The notes under the pieces were generated by a model that worked only from the letters and a program-made list of their open reading frames with translations, was not told where the DNA came from and made no database searches. Positions 37,301-52,035 of a stretch of DNA of 64,000 nt are shown here, piece after piece. Position numbers and translations under genes: made by a program. Position 1 is the first letter of the stretch, and the number at the start of each line of letters is the position of its first letter. The DNA comes from Trichoplax adhaerens (lineage: Eukaryota > Animalia > Placozoa), in contig NW_002060945.1 of the NCBI RefSeq assembly GCF_000150275.1, positions 8,634,011-8,698,010 of the forward strand, in the 5' to 3' direction.

Positions 37301-40300
37301 TCCGCAATTATAGAAATGGCTTTAATCTGTAGAATTTGATTACAGGCATAAGATATATCTATGAATCATTGAATCCTAAATAATTAGAAACTACTTATAA
37401 AATATTTTAGAGACATTCTTATGTTAACAACCTGCTTGAATTGCAAAGCTTCCATAGTGGAATCATAAGCCGATCTTAGAGATGCAAAGTTAACAAGAAC
37501 ATCGACTTCAGGAAATTTTCTCATAGCGTCAGACATATCTTTAAACACTATTCAAAATATCAAATATAAAACAGTTATATAAAACAGTTATCAAATCATG
37601 TAAGAAACCGTACGTATTCTACACAATTTTGACTCAAGTTCGGTAATATTATAATAGGGGTACCTGGTATGAGAATCTCTTTATGACCCCAATAGAATTT
37701 CTGTTTATGATCCCCACTATAACAGATGAAGACATGTACATGTAAATAAGCCAATTATTTTTTTTAACCTTTCTTTAATATTTACTGTAAATTATTGTTT
37801 ATCCGGTCACCTGAATGGATAAATCATAGCTGCTACCGACCAAGTTTCCCTTGAACTTACATAGTCGAAATCTAACATACCCTAAGGAAGTTGAAAATAT
37901 TCCGATAGAATCTTATACCAATAGCTAGATTTAATAATAATGATTAAGAAGAGGTACCAACATTTGTAAAATACCTGCACTGCACGCGGCTGCATGCCCC
38001 AAACAAAGCATCTTGTTTTGTCGGTAAAAACAGTAATTCTACCTCGCTCATTGCGCAATGATTTAACATCTTTATTGTCAGATAAAGCTTCTCCAAAAGA
38101 ACTAGTACGAGACTTCTTATTCGCTGGAGAAGAAAATCCCGACGACGAAGACTGAAGAATTAGGAAATGTAATATAGTATTATCAGAGTTCAATATTTAC
38201 GATCTTCCAGGAAATGTATCTTTATGGTCAAGTACCAATCGAGTGTTACTACCTAATATCACTAACACTTGAAAATAATCTTATTTTTTAATATAAATTA
38301 AAGTGATTAAAATTACATACAGTGCTAGACGACTCCCCAAGTAGCAGACTGACAGTTTGAGTGTTTGCAACAGTTGCGGTATAATCTGAAACAGCTTGCT
38401 TCCCTAGTGCCATAGAAACAATAGCCGTCATATGTGTTTCAGGCCCAAAAACGTGCAGAGGAACACCTAAATCTGTACCTAATCATCATATAATACATAA
38501 TCGAGTAAATACGATTTGTGAAACAATGTTGAAGTGAAGTTAATTCTTATCCTATACCAAGGTCACGCATCATTCGTAGTCCTTCCTGGTAATTAGGTCC
38601 ACCACGTCTAGCAAATATAGATACTTTAGATTCAACTAGAAGATGGCGAAATTCCATTAAAGCCCTGATAATTCCCTGTCAGAAGATTTAAAGATTAGTT
38701 CATTTTTTTAAATTTTGTTTAGAGTAATTTAATTAAGGAGAGCAAATATTTAATAAATCATTATGAAACCTTAAAAGTTGCAGCAACGTTCGTGAAATTA
38801 GCGATACCTCCACCGATGATTAATACCTTTCCTATTAAAACGTCCAGTAAATGTTATAAATAACTGCTGTAAAATTTAAAGTACAACCGAACACAATCGT
38901 TTACCTTCAGGATGCTTATGACGACAAATGAGGCTAAGAACTACTTTGGCGTATTCGTAAGTTTGAGATTCTGTAGGTGCTCCAGAATACTCTCCATAGT
39001 TGGCCAATTCATGGCTAAATCCTAGGTCGCAAATCGTGTCGCTATAGTAATAAAATGTAAATTAATTGCAATAACTAGAGGATAGAATAAACCTTTCTAA
39101 TTTGATACTATTTGTAGCCAGTAATACAACATACCTATAAATTACTGAAGCTCCGCCGCCAGCAACCATAGTCCATACTCGTCCTTGCTCGTTTAAAATA
39201 GTTAATTTAAGCGATGCTCCGCTTTTAGCGTCAAGTTCCGCAATATAAGCTTCCTTTAAGAATATAATGTAATGAGTATAAATAATAGTCTAAAAGATGT
39301 TATCATTGAGTTAGAGTTGATCCACCTCTGGATAAGCGTCTCGTCCAAAGGGTGGAGGAAATGTTATCTCTCCCCATTCTTTTTTACATAGATATTCTGC
39401 AGTTGCGTCAATTTTAGCGGCCAAGTCAAGGATATAGATCGCGTTATCGACAACAACTACGCAAAAAATATAAATAAAGTCATTTCATAAATGTAAGTTA
39501 AAGAAAGGAATGAATATATTCTATAAATGAAATATCTCACCTAAAGGGTTGATCTCCAGGTACGCAAAATAAAGCTTTCGATAGATATTAAACAATGCTA
39601 CTATAAATTCAGCCACAAGTCTAGCATTTATAATATAAATTCATTGAAAGTTAGAATTGTTACCTAATTTGTTTATAATAATTATAATTTAGTAAAGTAT
39701 GAACATTTGCGTCCTTACCTTTTGATTGGAGCGGCTACATTCTTTACGAGCTCTTTTTCAACTTGATCGATTGAAGGTAATTTGTTAGCGGCAATATCTA
39801 ATTTTAGAGCCTTTATTTCATTTGAAAGTATAACAAGGGCACAATCAGTTTGTTCAATACGCGTTATATAAATATAAAGTTTAATAATTCGATATTGATA
39901 CTATTAAAATACAATTGTATCTTATTTTATAAGGTATACCTTTTCATCAACATTTCCAACATCAACACCACCTTCATGATAAAAGAGAATACTGTCACCT
40001 TCTCTGGTTCCATAGATACATAAGTACAGTTCTTGATCCTATTTAAATTTGTAACAAATTTAATATCTGCAAGTATTTTTATATAAAACCACCGTAAATT
40101 ATACTACTGGTCATTTATCCGATTGATATTACTTCATTAAAGTATAGCACTTCGTAGCACATGATGCGAATAAAAGTGTCATCAAATTTAACTTACAGTG
40201 AGAGATGAAACATACTATTATTCAGTAATATCCAATTGCAAGCAATACAAATATAGCCCACTATATAGCACATTGCCAATGTCTTATTGCAAAATCTTAC

Positions 40301-42949
40301 GTCCAACAAACATATTGTTATTTTCTAAAAATTATTTACTTCAGGTATACAAGTATCACACGTACATGAACAGTACAGTATTGCAAAATGCATCATCTTC
40401 GAATAACCTCACTTTAAATAGACCGAACTCTGTATTATAAATTCATTCAAAACCGAACCTTTCTCAGGTCTACAGTACTGTTAGCTCTTTCACTCTTTGC
40501 TTATTTAACGCAAATAAACTGTTACACTTGTTCACTTATATAGCTGATAAAGCGAGTTATCATTTTCCATGATTGATCGCCGCATTATAGATATGAGAAA
40601 AGCAATACATCTTAAGCCATTCGATCTACATATATCGTAAACCATAGTAGCTGTAAGATTGCCTTAACGCAGACTACAATTACAATTAACGCCTATTTCT
40701 ATCAAATTTTTATCAATTACAATATAGGATAATTATGATCCTCTTAAATTAGACTATAAAAGCTGAAAATACCATATGATCATTAAATCCTGACCTGGGT
40801 ATGCTTGACAAATGGCTCAACGATAAATCGCCTTAACGTACCAGTTGCTCCGCTAACCTGAAATAAGGAAGGTAGAATGAAATAAATTTCGGTATGGTAA
40901 ATACATCATGGTGAAAAGGTAAAATTTAACCTTTGACTTTGCATACAACAAACAAAAATACGTTATTGATTGCGCTCTGCAGTGCTTGTACTATAGTAGC
41001 TTGTGTATGCAAATGTGATGTGCATTTAGCGTTTATTCAATCTATGCAGATTCTAAACAGCTATTCGGAATAGACTTTAAAATACCGATACATAGATCTA
41101 TCTACTTCGTTTAATGATACTGTATCTATCCAAGTTATGTGACCAGTGTCCATTAGCGACTTTTAGGGCCTCTAGTGCATGTTACTGTAAACTATGCAAT
41201 CTGGATTACCAGCTGTAATAATTTTACTGTATATAGCAAACAAGATTTCTAAGTAAATGAAACCATACGCCCTATACAGTAAGTAAGAATTAAAACAATA
41301 CAACCTGATAATATATCACATACTCGTATATATATATATGTACAGTATATATGTATAATGTAATATTATTTATTGAATCGTATTCCCTATTTTAGACTAC
41401 AGTAGAGCAATAAAATTACAGAGCGATCCATAAAACTGTGGAATATCGCAGTCTGCTGATCTAGTACACATACAGTACAAACGTCATCACTGAATGAATT
41501 AATTATACAGTATCTCCATTTGCAAGCAAATGAGCACAAACACCAGTTTACGTTGATACTGAACAGTAAAGGTATTAAAACAATTTCAATGTCCAACAAG
41601 AATGAGCTAAACAACATCACTTTGCATAAATGCATAATGTAAATTATGTAATTAATCATAAATTATCATTAATGAATTCAAATATAATATAGTGCTGTAA
41701 CGGGAGCTATTTATTTTTATTATTTTTTTTTTTATTCCATCGGAACAGAACTACACCTACCGAATAGAAAACAAGAACACGCTACGTGAATGGCCTGAAC
41801 GCACGTACACTCGTACAGTATGGCATACTGCATGCTTTTCAAATCAGACCTTTTCAATAAGCGTGCATTAAAAGCTACTGTAAATTGTAGTCTAGCACAA
41901 CATGTACTACAGCAGAGTTCCTGCAAAAGCCTAGCAACTGCAAGCTCCCATTTTTCGATAACGATCCTAATTTCTGCCGCACGGTGCAGATGTAACCAGA
42001 GCTGTACTCGGACACTCAATGGGTGTAGTACAGTATAAACAGTCCCTGTATATGCGGACTGCAAAGCTAACATGAATTCGCTCTATCACAAAGGCCTGAG
42101 GTATTAGAATCAATGACGTTTCTTAAGCAAGCAATCTACACAAGTAAATTTAATAAGCATTTACTATACAGTGAGTGTACATATTCGATGACCTTAGAGG
42201 AACGTATACGCGATATAGCATCACTAATTTAAAAGAGTTCAAAGATGAACCTCTTGAGCTAGATAAACACGCAGTAGCCGTTGTACGAATTGGAAAAAAA
42301 AAAATGACAGTGACTGGCTTATTGCATAAGTGAGTAATACCATAGATCGTACTACGCTCTACTGTAGTGTGCATACAGTAGAGAAAAAATTGGGGAAGCT
42401 AGCCAACCTGTATAGGCTTATTCATCCTTTCAGTAATCCATTTTTGCACTTCTGGCCAATCTGCATTGACTTTAATAAGCCCTAATTTACCACGGCGCTT
42501 GATCAATTGATCCGGTTTGACAACTAATCGCTACATTATGAGCAAAATAGAAAGCAAACTTGTAACCATCGACCGATATATTATCGAATACAGTTTACCG
42601 CTATGAGCTATGACACTATCCCTACATTAGGCTACATATATTGCAGTCTTCACAGACTGCAATTGTACTACGCATATAATTCCCTAATATAATTTAATTT
42701 AAATTAATTCAGACACAACATCTGCAACAGCCTATCATACGTAGGCAGAAGCATTAACGGCTCACTTAGACTCTTGCATACAGTAGAATACGTTACCTCA
42801 GAAGAGAGCCAGGAACTTTCATCCTGAAGTTTTGCACAATCTAAATTTGATGCAGCAACAGCACTTTTAATAGGAGCTAACTGAGGAAATTGTAGATGTT
42901 GGCTTATAAGTCGCTTGCCATCCGCTTCATAAATTGCCTTAACCGACAT
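34357..42949 (-). CDS. ACLY: ATP-citrate synthase (ATP-citrate lyase), single-chain animal type, ~30 exons
   Basis: Starts [12 protein letters not shown]. Contains [72 protein letters not shown], catalytic [22 protein letters not shown]. Ends [31 protein letters not shown] (stop 34357-34359). Confidence 0.98.
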
Positions 42950-43084
42950 GATGTGAAAATTGCTTGTCCGACTGGCTGCTTTGCCACTGCACCCAAAAAA
43001 AAAATGCGTCGACGATACGTGTATTCGTCACACTGCACTCTCTAGTAAGTGACAGTCGAGTAGGTATGAACACCGTCCGATAAG

Positions 43085-43622
43085 TGACAGTACGTCGTAC
43101 GATATTGCGACACAACCGGGCGCCCTACAGTACTGTACACTGTACTGTACAGTACAGTAGAGTACAGGAGAGCACAGTATGGGCATTGTACAATGTACAG
43201 TACAAAAAAATAAAAGAAATACTGTAGTGACGTTGAGTTGCGTCACCTTTCTGCTAGATGACAGTATTGTATTGTATGGCTAGCGTCATACTGTGCACAG
43301 TGACACCACGTCGTCCGCGAAACATGGACGAACGACACGAGATGGTAACAAAAAAAATTGGGGGGGAATTCTTTTTTTTTCTTTCTTTTTTTTGAAATGA
43401 ACAATAGAAGAGTTCACTGACCATTTAATGACGCCTGTGTGTGTGTCAGTCATTCGAGCTCACCCCACCTTTTGTGTAAACGATATCACGCAACCTCAGT
43501 TTAACAAACACGTGCGATGCGATGTGGGTGATAGTGCAGAGTGCAGAGTGCAGCTCGCAACATCCAACATGAGCCAGCAAGGATTAGTACTGTACTGTAC
43601 AGTGTACAGTACTGTACTGTAA
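43085..43622. promoter_or_regulatory. Probable divergent promoter region (ACLY / SPATA48-like) with ACAGT/ACTGT arrays and TGACG half-sites
   Basis: Arrays at 43126-43205 and 43587-43620; inverted gtgacg..cgtcac at about 43227-43246. Confidence 0.5.
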
Positions 43623-46224
43623 GCCTTGGACCAAGGACTTTTAATTTCCAGTAAAGAGAAAAAATTGGGAAAAGTTATTGACCCAACTTGATCGCTTTAA
43701 ACGATCTACCGTACGACAGGATGACTTTACTCGCTCAATGGCAGAGTGTCTTGACTATCATGTCCTATCGTACGATCCGGTCTACTGCAATCGATTCTGA
43801 ATATCAGTATACCGGAAGAAAAGGGACAAAACGATCGACCAATTTTCAGATCACGCCATATCCTGTACATTATTCTGCATGTGGTACTGTCAATAATGTA
43901 TGAGTATGGGTGTATACTATTGGATCATGTTTGTTTTTAGCCAATATTGTATGTACAGTGTACACTGGAAAAGTACATGATTGTTACAGTAAACCAACGT
44001 GGCTTTCAGTCCTTTCCTACTTAGTCTACTGTACTGTATATTTATTGCTACTGCACCGTATGGAAAAATCTTGATGGTCTGGACGTCTGGCCTCGACCTT
44101 GACTGGTTCGTAAAAATTGCAAAAACACACAGCAAAGTGTCCACCAGTCTCGCCATTGAAATCGACTGAACAATACCGCAGGTCTACTAATACGTACTAT
44201 AACCACTTATACTGTACTCTACTGGATTGGCAACCCTCTTTAACGCCCTACCCAACGAGTACATATCCATAGACTACAGTAGATTGCTATACATCTTACT
44301 AGTCTATGAAACAGTTAAGCATCAGTGTTTCTAATCTTTTACTGCATACGGGTGTACGTATGTAGCACAAATAAAGGAACTGATGAATACTGACTGTGAG
44401 TGGAGTAATCAGAGACTACTAGCTAAAAATACAAGGCTTTTAGTTAGCGATCGGCTCCCTGATACATCTAGTTTTGCATTGTATCTACTTGTAACATTGT
44501 ATCATATGCTAAGTATGATATATATACAGTATACTGTACGTATGCTGTATGTATGAGTATATATGTCACTATACTCGTACATGTATATCTACTAGTTTAT
44601 GACATAATGCACAGTAGAGAACCGATGCGAGAGCATGACGATTTCAATCAATTAAGCTTATTTAACTACAAAGTATTACGAAATGTGTGTATCCATACAG
44701 TAGTAATTTAAAATTTAAGCGAAGTTACATAACTGTCAATAGCAATAAATTCAATTTTATTTTGTCTATTTTATATAGTAATATATATAATACTGTACGC
44801 GAATAATTCATCATTATATGATTAATTACAATAGCCCATGAAGCACCAGATATATTGGTGTACTGTATAGTGTATTCGTTCATATGTATTTGATTTGAAC
44901 AATTAAGTCAATATGTTACTGTATGGTGTACTAGCAATAGTATGTATATGCAGTGTATAAATAAATATATACTGTACATATAGTGCACACAGTAGAGCTT
45001 ATGTAAACTGTAAACAAATTGGGGGTTGCTATGGGAACAGTAAAGTAGATGTTGCGATGCTATTTGGAAGGCAATTGAGCCCTGTGTTGAGTGTTGTTAA
45101 ACATCTTAAGCCAGAAACATACTCCTCTACAAACACATTCATACTAAAAATCTTAAACTGCTAATAAACGCATACAATACTTGTAGAGTGTGCACTCACA
45201 ATATTACAAACTCTGTCATTATAGCTACGTACATGGCATATTAGTCAGTTATGTTACACAAGTAACTAATTATACTATACTCATGAACTAAATCTTAGCT
45301 ATGCCTGGTAACACGGAACAAAGCGGATAACAGGTGTGCTGACTAGTTGTACCAGCCTTATAAAATTACATAAGAGTTATTATCGGCTGTGAAGACGGGT
45401 AATGACTCAATCGAATGTTGATCTACAAGTCTTAATGATAATCATTTCAAGTACAATCACTAAGCACTTAACTGATGAATAGCAACGCTAAGCTGTGCTA
45501 GTTATAGTTAATTCTAACACACTATGACAAGATCCTATCCAACGCTGCAAGTATAGACGAATCTACAGAGTCATTGTTGGTGAAAGTCCCCACAAGCTAC
45601 AGCATACGACCCGGCCCTATTCCGTGGCATCAGTAATTATTTATCTAATATTAAAGATACTTTAGCTCTTTTAATCGATTTTATCTCAATCTAATACTGG
45701 AGTATCTTGTGTGTAATACTCTCTTTTACATTCAAGATTATTATTGCAGTTTTATTTAGTTCTTTTAACTATTTTCATACTTCATTGGCGTAAATTACGC
45801 GTATCACAATATAAACGAAATTTGATTTAGAAGTCTAATATTTTAAACTTTATCGTATCCGTACTATTCGTTAGATTGATGATATTTAAGTAAATAAAAT
45901 TTGACACATCTTTTCTACAAATTTCATCATCATACATGCCTATAATTACTGCAATAGTTAAAAGCTAGACTACAGTAAGTGTTATAATGTTTAGGCTTAC
46001 CTTGAAGCCTGAATACTGTGTTGCGCACTAATTCACTTACAGATAATTACTAATAATTCCTTCATACTTATTTTTCTAATAACTATATTTATACTTGATT
46101 AAGTATAGATTGCTAACACTGATCAATATTAAACGATCGATTGCCTATACTGGATCAATAGGCTTGCATCTCTGTACTAATTTATTAATTACAACTTCTA
46201 AGTCCAAGTTAAAAACTTACAAAC

Positions 46225-48637
46225 ATGTATTCCATATCTGGTTTTAATACTACACAAGCATACTATCATTCTTTAATAAATGAGTCCCAAAAGAAAATTG
46301 TAGCCGGTTATAACAAACGGCATCGTTTATCCCAACCTGCCAAAGTCACCACGTCTATCGAGAAAGAAGAGGACAAACTAAAGTTGCCTTCTACATCTAA
46401 AAGTGAACCAAAATCAAAAGCTCCTCATCGAATCGATGATTCTGTATTTAATCCTACTAATGGCTTTCTATCACCCGGAGTAAGTGCAAAGCTAAACCTG
46501 TCAAACGTAATAGGAATAGATCCGAAAAGTAGGGACAACAAGACTACTGTAGCATTCGAGAATAATGATACACCCAGAGAAACTGTGAATGACTCTAAAT
46601 CGAATGATACAAATGATATGGAATCCAGAGTACCGGATGACAAGGGTAATTCGCGTTCTTAATTTTTACTGCAATACGTTCTTATGTTATTCACTATGTG
46701 AATATAATATGAGCGAATTACTGTAAATTAATTCAAGCAATTTTTTTCAATCATAACTATAAGAACAATAATTTAAAATTAATTATATTTCCGGTAATAC
46801 TCAATACAGATATAACACAAAATATGGAAGTAACGGCAGTAGATGAAAACAATGAGAAGGAAATGGTTGAAAAGGTGCTGGATGAAGATGGCATAAGCAA
46901 GGATGAAACTACGGATGATGAGGAAGAAAAAAAAAATGAAAGTAATGATACATTAGACTCTACGCGCAAAATTACATTTTCTGACATGGAGACATCAAAG
47001 GATGAGATAACTGCACCGGCTGAACCAGTGCGCGAACGCCAAAAAAACGTTATCACCAAGGTTGGTATTAAAGTATTTAACCTATAGTAGTAAGGAATTG
47101 TTTGTATGGCAACGTCTGCATAAACACGCATATACATCATTAATGATTGCTTTTCATACAAGCCGGTAGATGATAACAAAGGAAATCTAGCATCTAATAG
47201 ACCTAATACCCAACAAGCAATAAAAGATCGGAAATTAGCTGCTTTAATGGCAATGTATAAAACTTCTTCAATCAGGCATGTGATTCAGTCAGATACAATA
47301 CATTTTCAATAAGATATTTAAGTATCTAAACTACTTTGCACCCGTATTAGCGAACAGGAGTACAAGTGATAAGTGTATAAAATTTATAATATCAATATCC
47401 ATTGTATCTATATTCTAAACTTTATTAACTTAAATAACATATGTATCAATAATATACGTGTATGATGCACTATTATACAGACAATCAGAAGAAATAAATT
47501 GGAAACGACGGTTTACTAATAGTTCCAAGATACCAAATTCAACTAAAGAAGTTAAACCCGATCTTGTAACATTAAGATTAAATACTCCCAGATATGAATT
47601 TAAAAAAGCTGATTGGCAGGTACATTAAATACAAAATCGTTTAGCGAATTGTTTATACATTAACAATTTAGATTTTATTTTAGTATCATAATTTGAAATT
47701 TATTACAGGAAATAGGACGAATTTGGGAAAGAAATCAGAGTCGAACGTCTCGAAACACCAGTGGTAATACACCTTTGTAAGTATACCCGTAAATGACCTC
47801 GCATAATTGAATCCTTTCATTTTATTTTGTAATTAACCTTAATAATTATTTCAATTTATATTCTCACACCCTTAGCTGTAGCGAAAGTCCTCGCTCGTAT
47901 CAAATTCCAGGATATAGGTTAGTAAATTTATAGTACTAACTACTTCTGATGTATTTAAACAGTACATTACAGTGTTAAGTAATATTTTTCGGTTTAAAGC
48001 GGTCACATTAGCGGATATGCCGATAGAGACGATGCTGCGGTAACATTTTCGCCACGAAGCTTAGTAAGATCGCAACCTACTACACCACATGGTAGGACGA
48101 CAAGGTTTGCGTTAAAAATATACAAACTGATAAATGTAGCTCCTTATCCGGTATTTATATTTCGAAATAAGTGCTGAACAAGGTTTTTACAATAAAAATT
48201 TTCTCTCTAATACTTTTACTCCAGCTGGCCAATGATGCCCGGATATTCAGGAAATATTATGTGGCCTGAATTTCGCAAGATGTCGAGTACTTCCACGCTA
48301 CCAACACCAACTACAAGTCTAGTTCATCGGTTGATAAAATCTTACATATTGTATATTGTCGTATCTATGCACGGTAGTCATACGAGTAGACAACTTGCAT
48401 TTACTTTTTAATAATGAAATGTTTTTAAACTCTAAATACAAATTTAGGCCTTTTCCGAAATCCTCATCAGAATCTCCAGAGTTTGGCCACCAAGCTCCAA
48501 TGTCCAGCATGATTACATTAACTTCACCACATAATCCATTTAATAGAATCGATAGGGAACCATTCTTACAATCAGCTATGTTTGTCCGAAAGTTGCATCA
48601 ATCACCGCCACGGGTAGAGCGCTTAGTACTAGAATAG
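46225..48637 (+). CDS. SPATA48: SPATA48/SPMIP7-like axonemal microtubule inner protein; 5' end uncertain
   Basis: Exons at about 46225-46645, 46810-47060, 47163-47275, 47481-47619, 47709-47776, 47876-47917, 48000-48103, 48225-48316, 48448-48637. PGY-type MIP motifs (IPGY, PMMPGYSG). The C-terminus FGHQAPMSSMITLTSPHNPFNRID resembles the SPATA48 C-terminus as I recall it. Confidence 0.6.
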
Positions 48638-49241
48638 TAATGAACTTCATAATTCATGAAGAAATCTTATAACGAGGTTTCAGAGATTAAATTGCCAAGG
48701 CAAAATGTATGAAACTTATTATCGCATATTTTGAATAACTGAGTAAAATTCATATCAAATGAAAGAAAAACGTAAATTACTTTGAAATACCATTTATTTT
48801 TTAATACAATACATACATATATTCGCACACTTATATAATAATGTATTTATATATAACTAATAATAAAAATCGTCTTATACAAGAGTCACATGTTATTAAT
48901 AGTTGTACAGTATCATGTATAAAGAAGTTAAGTTTTTCTTAAGCCAATGTAGTAATCAAATCGAAAAAATATTACATGCAATGTTAATCATCCAAAATCG
49001 CTAATTGCTATTTACTATTACTTTCATATCGATATAATGCAGAGTCTACACTTAAAATTCGAATTATAATGTCGAATGACCTTGCCAAAGAAGTTAAAAA
49101 TATATGTCTACTCTTTTTTATCCTTCTTTGCCAATACAGTAATGTAAGTGAAAATATGCAAATACTACTCCTTGAAGATAATATTAACAGACCATCTCGA
49201 TCTCATAACAGATCACAACGGTAACGCTAAATATGTTAAAC

Positions 49242-50981
49242 TTAATCGGCATCACTCAGCCTTAGCCCTTCTTCGAAATATCCATAGTTCTCTTCTTCGT
49301 AGTTACCAATATTACAGTAATTATCCTCACTGTCATCGGAAGAATTTCCACCGTCCGATGATTCTAAAACATAAAGTATTAAAAATCTCCGATTATCAAC
49401 AAATTCGAAAGAAATTGAAATATTATAAGATTAACTAACGATTGTTAGATTATATCTCGAAGCAATATAAAATTAAACACAGATAAATGATCGCAATATT
49501 GCAATTGTCGTGTTGAACCCCTAGTGGATAAAATCTAACGAAGCAATTCTAGCATTTATCCTATAAATTTATGACACTCTACATATGTTATATGTTGACT
49601 ATGGATTGTACTTTGCTTATATTTACACCAATAAGATAACAAACATACCTTCCCATAAATTTAAATCATCCTCATCTGGATAATCATTTCGCCAATTGCT
49701 TTCGTCATTAGAATCATCTTCGTCATAATAGTGTTCATTATACTCTTTATCTTGCTGCCAATGATCCAACGTTAATAGTTGTTCATCGAAGCTCTCAAAT
49801 TCTATCGTATTGCCAAGACTAGTGAATTCATCATTCGTTCTATATGCGCTATTTCGGCACCAATACAAATCATACGTATACTTAGCCTAAATTGACAGAT
49901 TGGAAGAAATAATACTTCATTTGATGAGCTACGACTTTCATATTCATTTAAAACAGGACACAACATCACATTCTTTGATCGGTGCAAACAAAATTGTTTT
50001 AATACATTGGCTATCTCAGCCTATGGGCATACAATTCTTTGTAAGGATAAATAATTATCTACTTTGCAATCCTAAATGATATCTATTCTAACAATGAACA
50101 AATGTTAGGTGAACTGCACAGCAAAGCAATCATTGAATTATAAGAACTTACATTTGATTGTGACGATTCCTCCGATTGCTGTATTGTCATTTCTACTCCA
50201 TTGCAAGTAATACCACTTTGCATAGCGTAATCCCTCCCTTCAACTTCACTTTGTAACTCCTCTACATCTACAATTTCGCAGTTTCCGCACCCTTGATCGA
50301 TATTCCCACCATTTGATACAATATCTTCAATAGATTGTTCTAGTAAAAGGTTAAATCAAGTGAAGAATGGATAATTTAAGTGAATCATTTTAGCACATAT
50401 TGTATAACATGCTATGTTGTAAAGTCATATTGCAGTACATCAGGACATCATTAACCACAGGTATATCAAATTTATATAATAACTAGGTAATGATATTTAC
50501 TACATGAAGGCAGACCTTGAATAGCGATCTCCTTTAATTTAGCAATTCGATGAGAGACAATTTTAAATCGTTGTTTCTCTCGATGTAATAGTTGCTCTTT
50601 CTTGAGTTTTGATTTTATAGTTGCGATGTCGACCTTGTGGTGTTTGGAGAAAGAACGCTTCCCTTGACTATTGTTTAGCTGGTCTACAACAGTTGTTTTA
50701 ACTAATTTATCTTCCGTAGAATTGACGGTGCCAATAAATTGAAATAACTTGTGTTGATTCAGCGTAGGTTCCTTAAACAATAGCGAGGCACCTTTATCAC
50801 CCCGAGGATTATTCTTATTTTTGCTATGTTTACTGGCTGGTTGATCAATCGCTGCAGATTCATCAGATAGATCTGATATCTTTCTTTTTATTCGGATTAA
50901 CACTGACGTGGGTAACGACTGCGATTGACAGCTACTATTTCCATCATTAGTCGCCATTACTTCTGGTATCTTGTTACTCAT
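49242..50981 (-). CDS. SLC7A6OS: Iwr1/SLC7A6OS RNA polymerase II nuclear localisation protein
   Basis: N-terminal VLIRIKRK, internal VVITCNGVEM, and Iwr1 signature DEDDSNDESNWRNDYPDED. Exons about 50516-50981, 50152-50339, 49649-49885, 49242-49363. Confidence 0.88.
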
Positions 50982-51599
50982 AATGGGTTGATTGGCCGGC
51001 CGTTCAATGATTAAAATTGACTAACAATGTTTGATTTATACGACTACAGTCTGCGAATCGATCTCATCAAAAGCGATGTAATATTACAGGTCAATTTCGA
51101 TGGAATTCACTTAATTTAGCTAGTTTACTGAATGGTGCACCAAAAAATTGCACAAACTACAGAAAAAAGTCAAGGAATAGTTAGATACAGTATAGTGTAG
51201 TTCTACTAAAAAGAAGTAAAGTGTGATTCGTTCATCAGCTGATTACTGCAAATGCGCTCTATTCTATCTGCTATTTTGAATCCATTGACTGTAATCGATC
51301 AGTTTGTATGGCATAATCGATGACGTCTAAGATCCACCATTTCAGCATACGTTAGACTGTTGTTTTCTTGAAACGATGCAATACTTGTAAGCTTACGTCC
51401 TAAACTTTAGCGACCAGCAGTCAGGCTTGTTTGAATCAGGCCACCATTTCCTCTGGCTATGGATAAGCTTAATGGATTTCAACCACTAGTTGTCTTTAGG
51501 TACAGCAGACTAAGTTATGGACCTACTGTGCCACTCAATTTTACCGGCAACATTCAAAATTGAAATAAATCTTGTCAGAATTTGGTGTTGTAGTCCAGG

Positions 51600-51900
51600 T
51601 GGAGAGTACAGTACAGTACTGTACAGTACTGTCCAGTAGATTACAGTGTACAGTGTACAGTACGTGCTATATTGTACTGTACACTGTACAGTGCGTGTCG
51701 TCACATGTGTACAGTACTGTACTCACAGTGGCAATGTACAGTGCACACCTCTACAGTATCCGGAGTACCATGTACTGTAAGTGACCGTGTACAGTACTGT
51801 ACTCCAGTCACGGGTGTTCCAGTACAGTATCGACTACTGTCGAAAACGGGTACTCTACTAGGCCAGTACTGTACAGTACTGTATACTGTATGGAACTGTA
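51600..51900. promoter_or_regulatory. Probable bidirectional promoter (SLC7A6OS / PSME3) almost saturated with ACAGT/ACTGT palindromes
   Basis: Perfect palindromes acagtactgtacagtactgt (51613-51632) and cagtactgtacagtactg (51864-51881) between two head-to-head genes. Confidence 0.55.
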
Positions 51901-52035
51901 TGCGAATAGTTCTGATGGTTAGGATGAGTATGAATTGGAGGTTACCTTAACCCTAACCCCGGGAGAGCGCGTCGATTGATTGCGAATTCACTTTGCCACA
52001 GCTTTGTTCTGCAAGAGATTTCAACTTCAATTCGA

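Noticed and set aside
51947-51960. Telomere-like taaccctaaccc
   Set aside because: Only about 2 units, expected by chance
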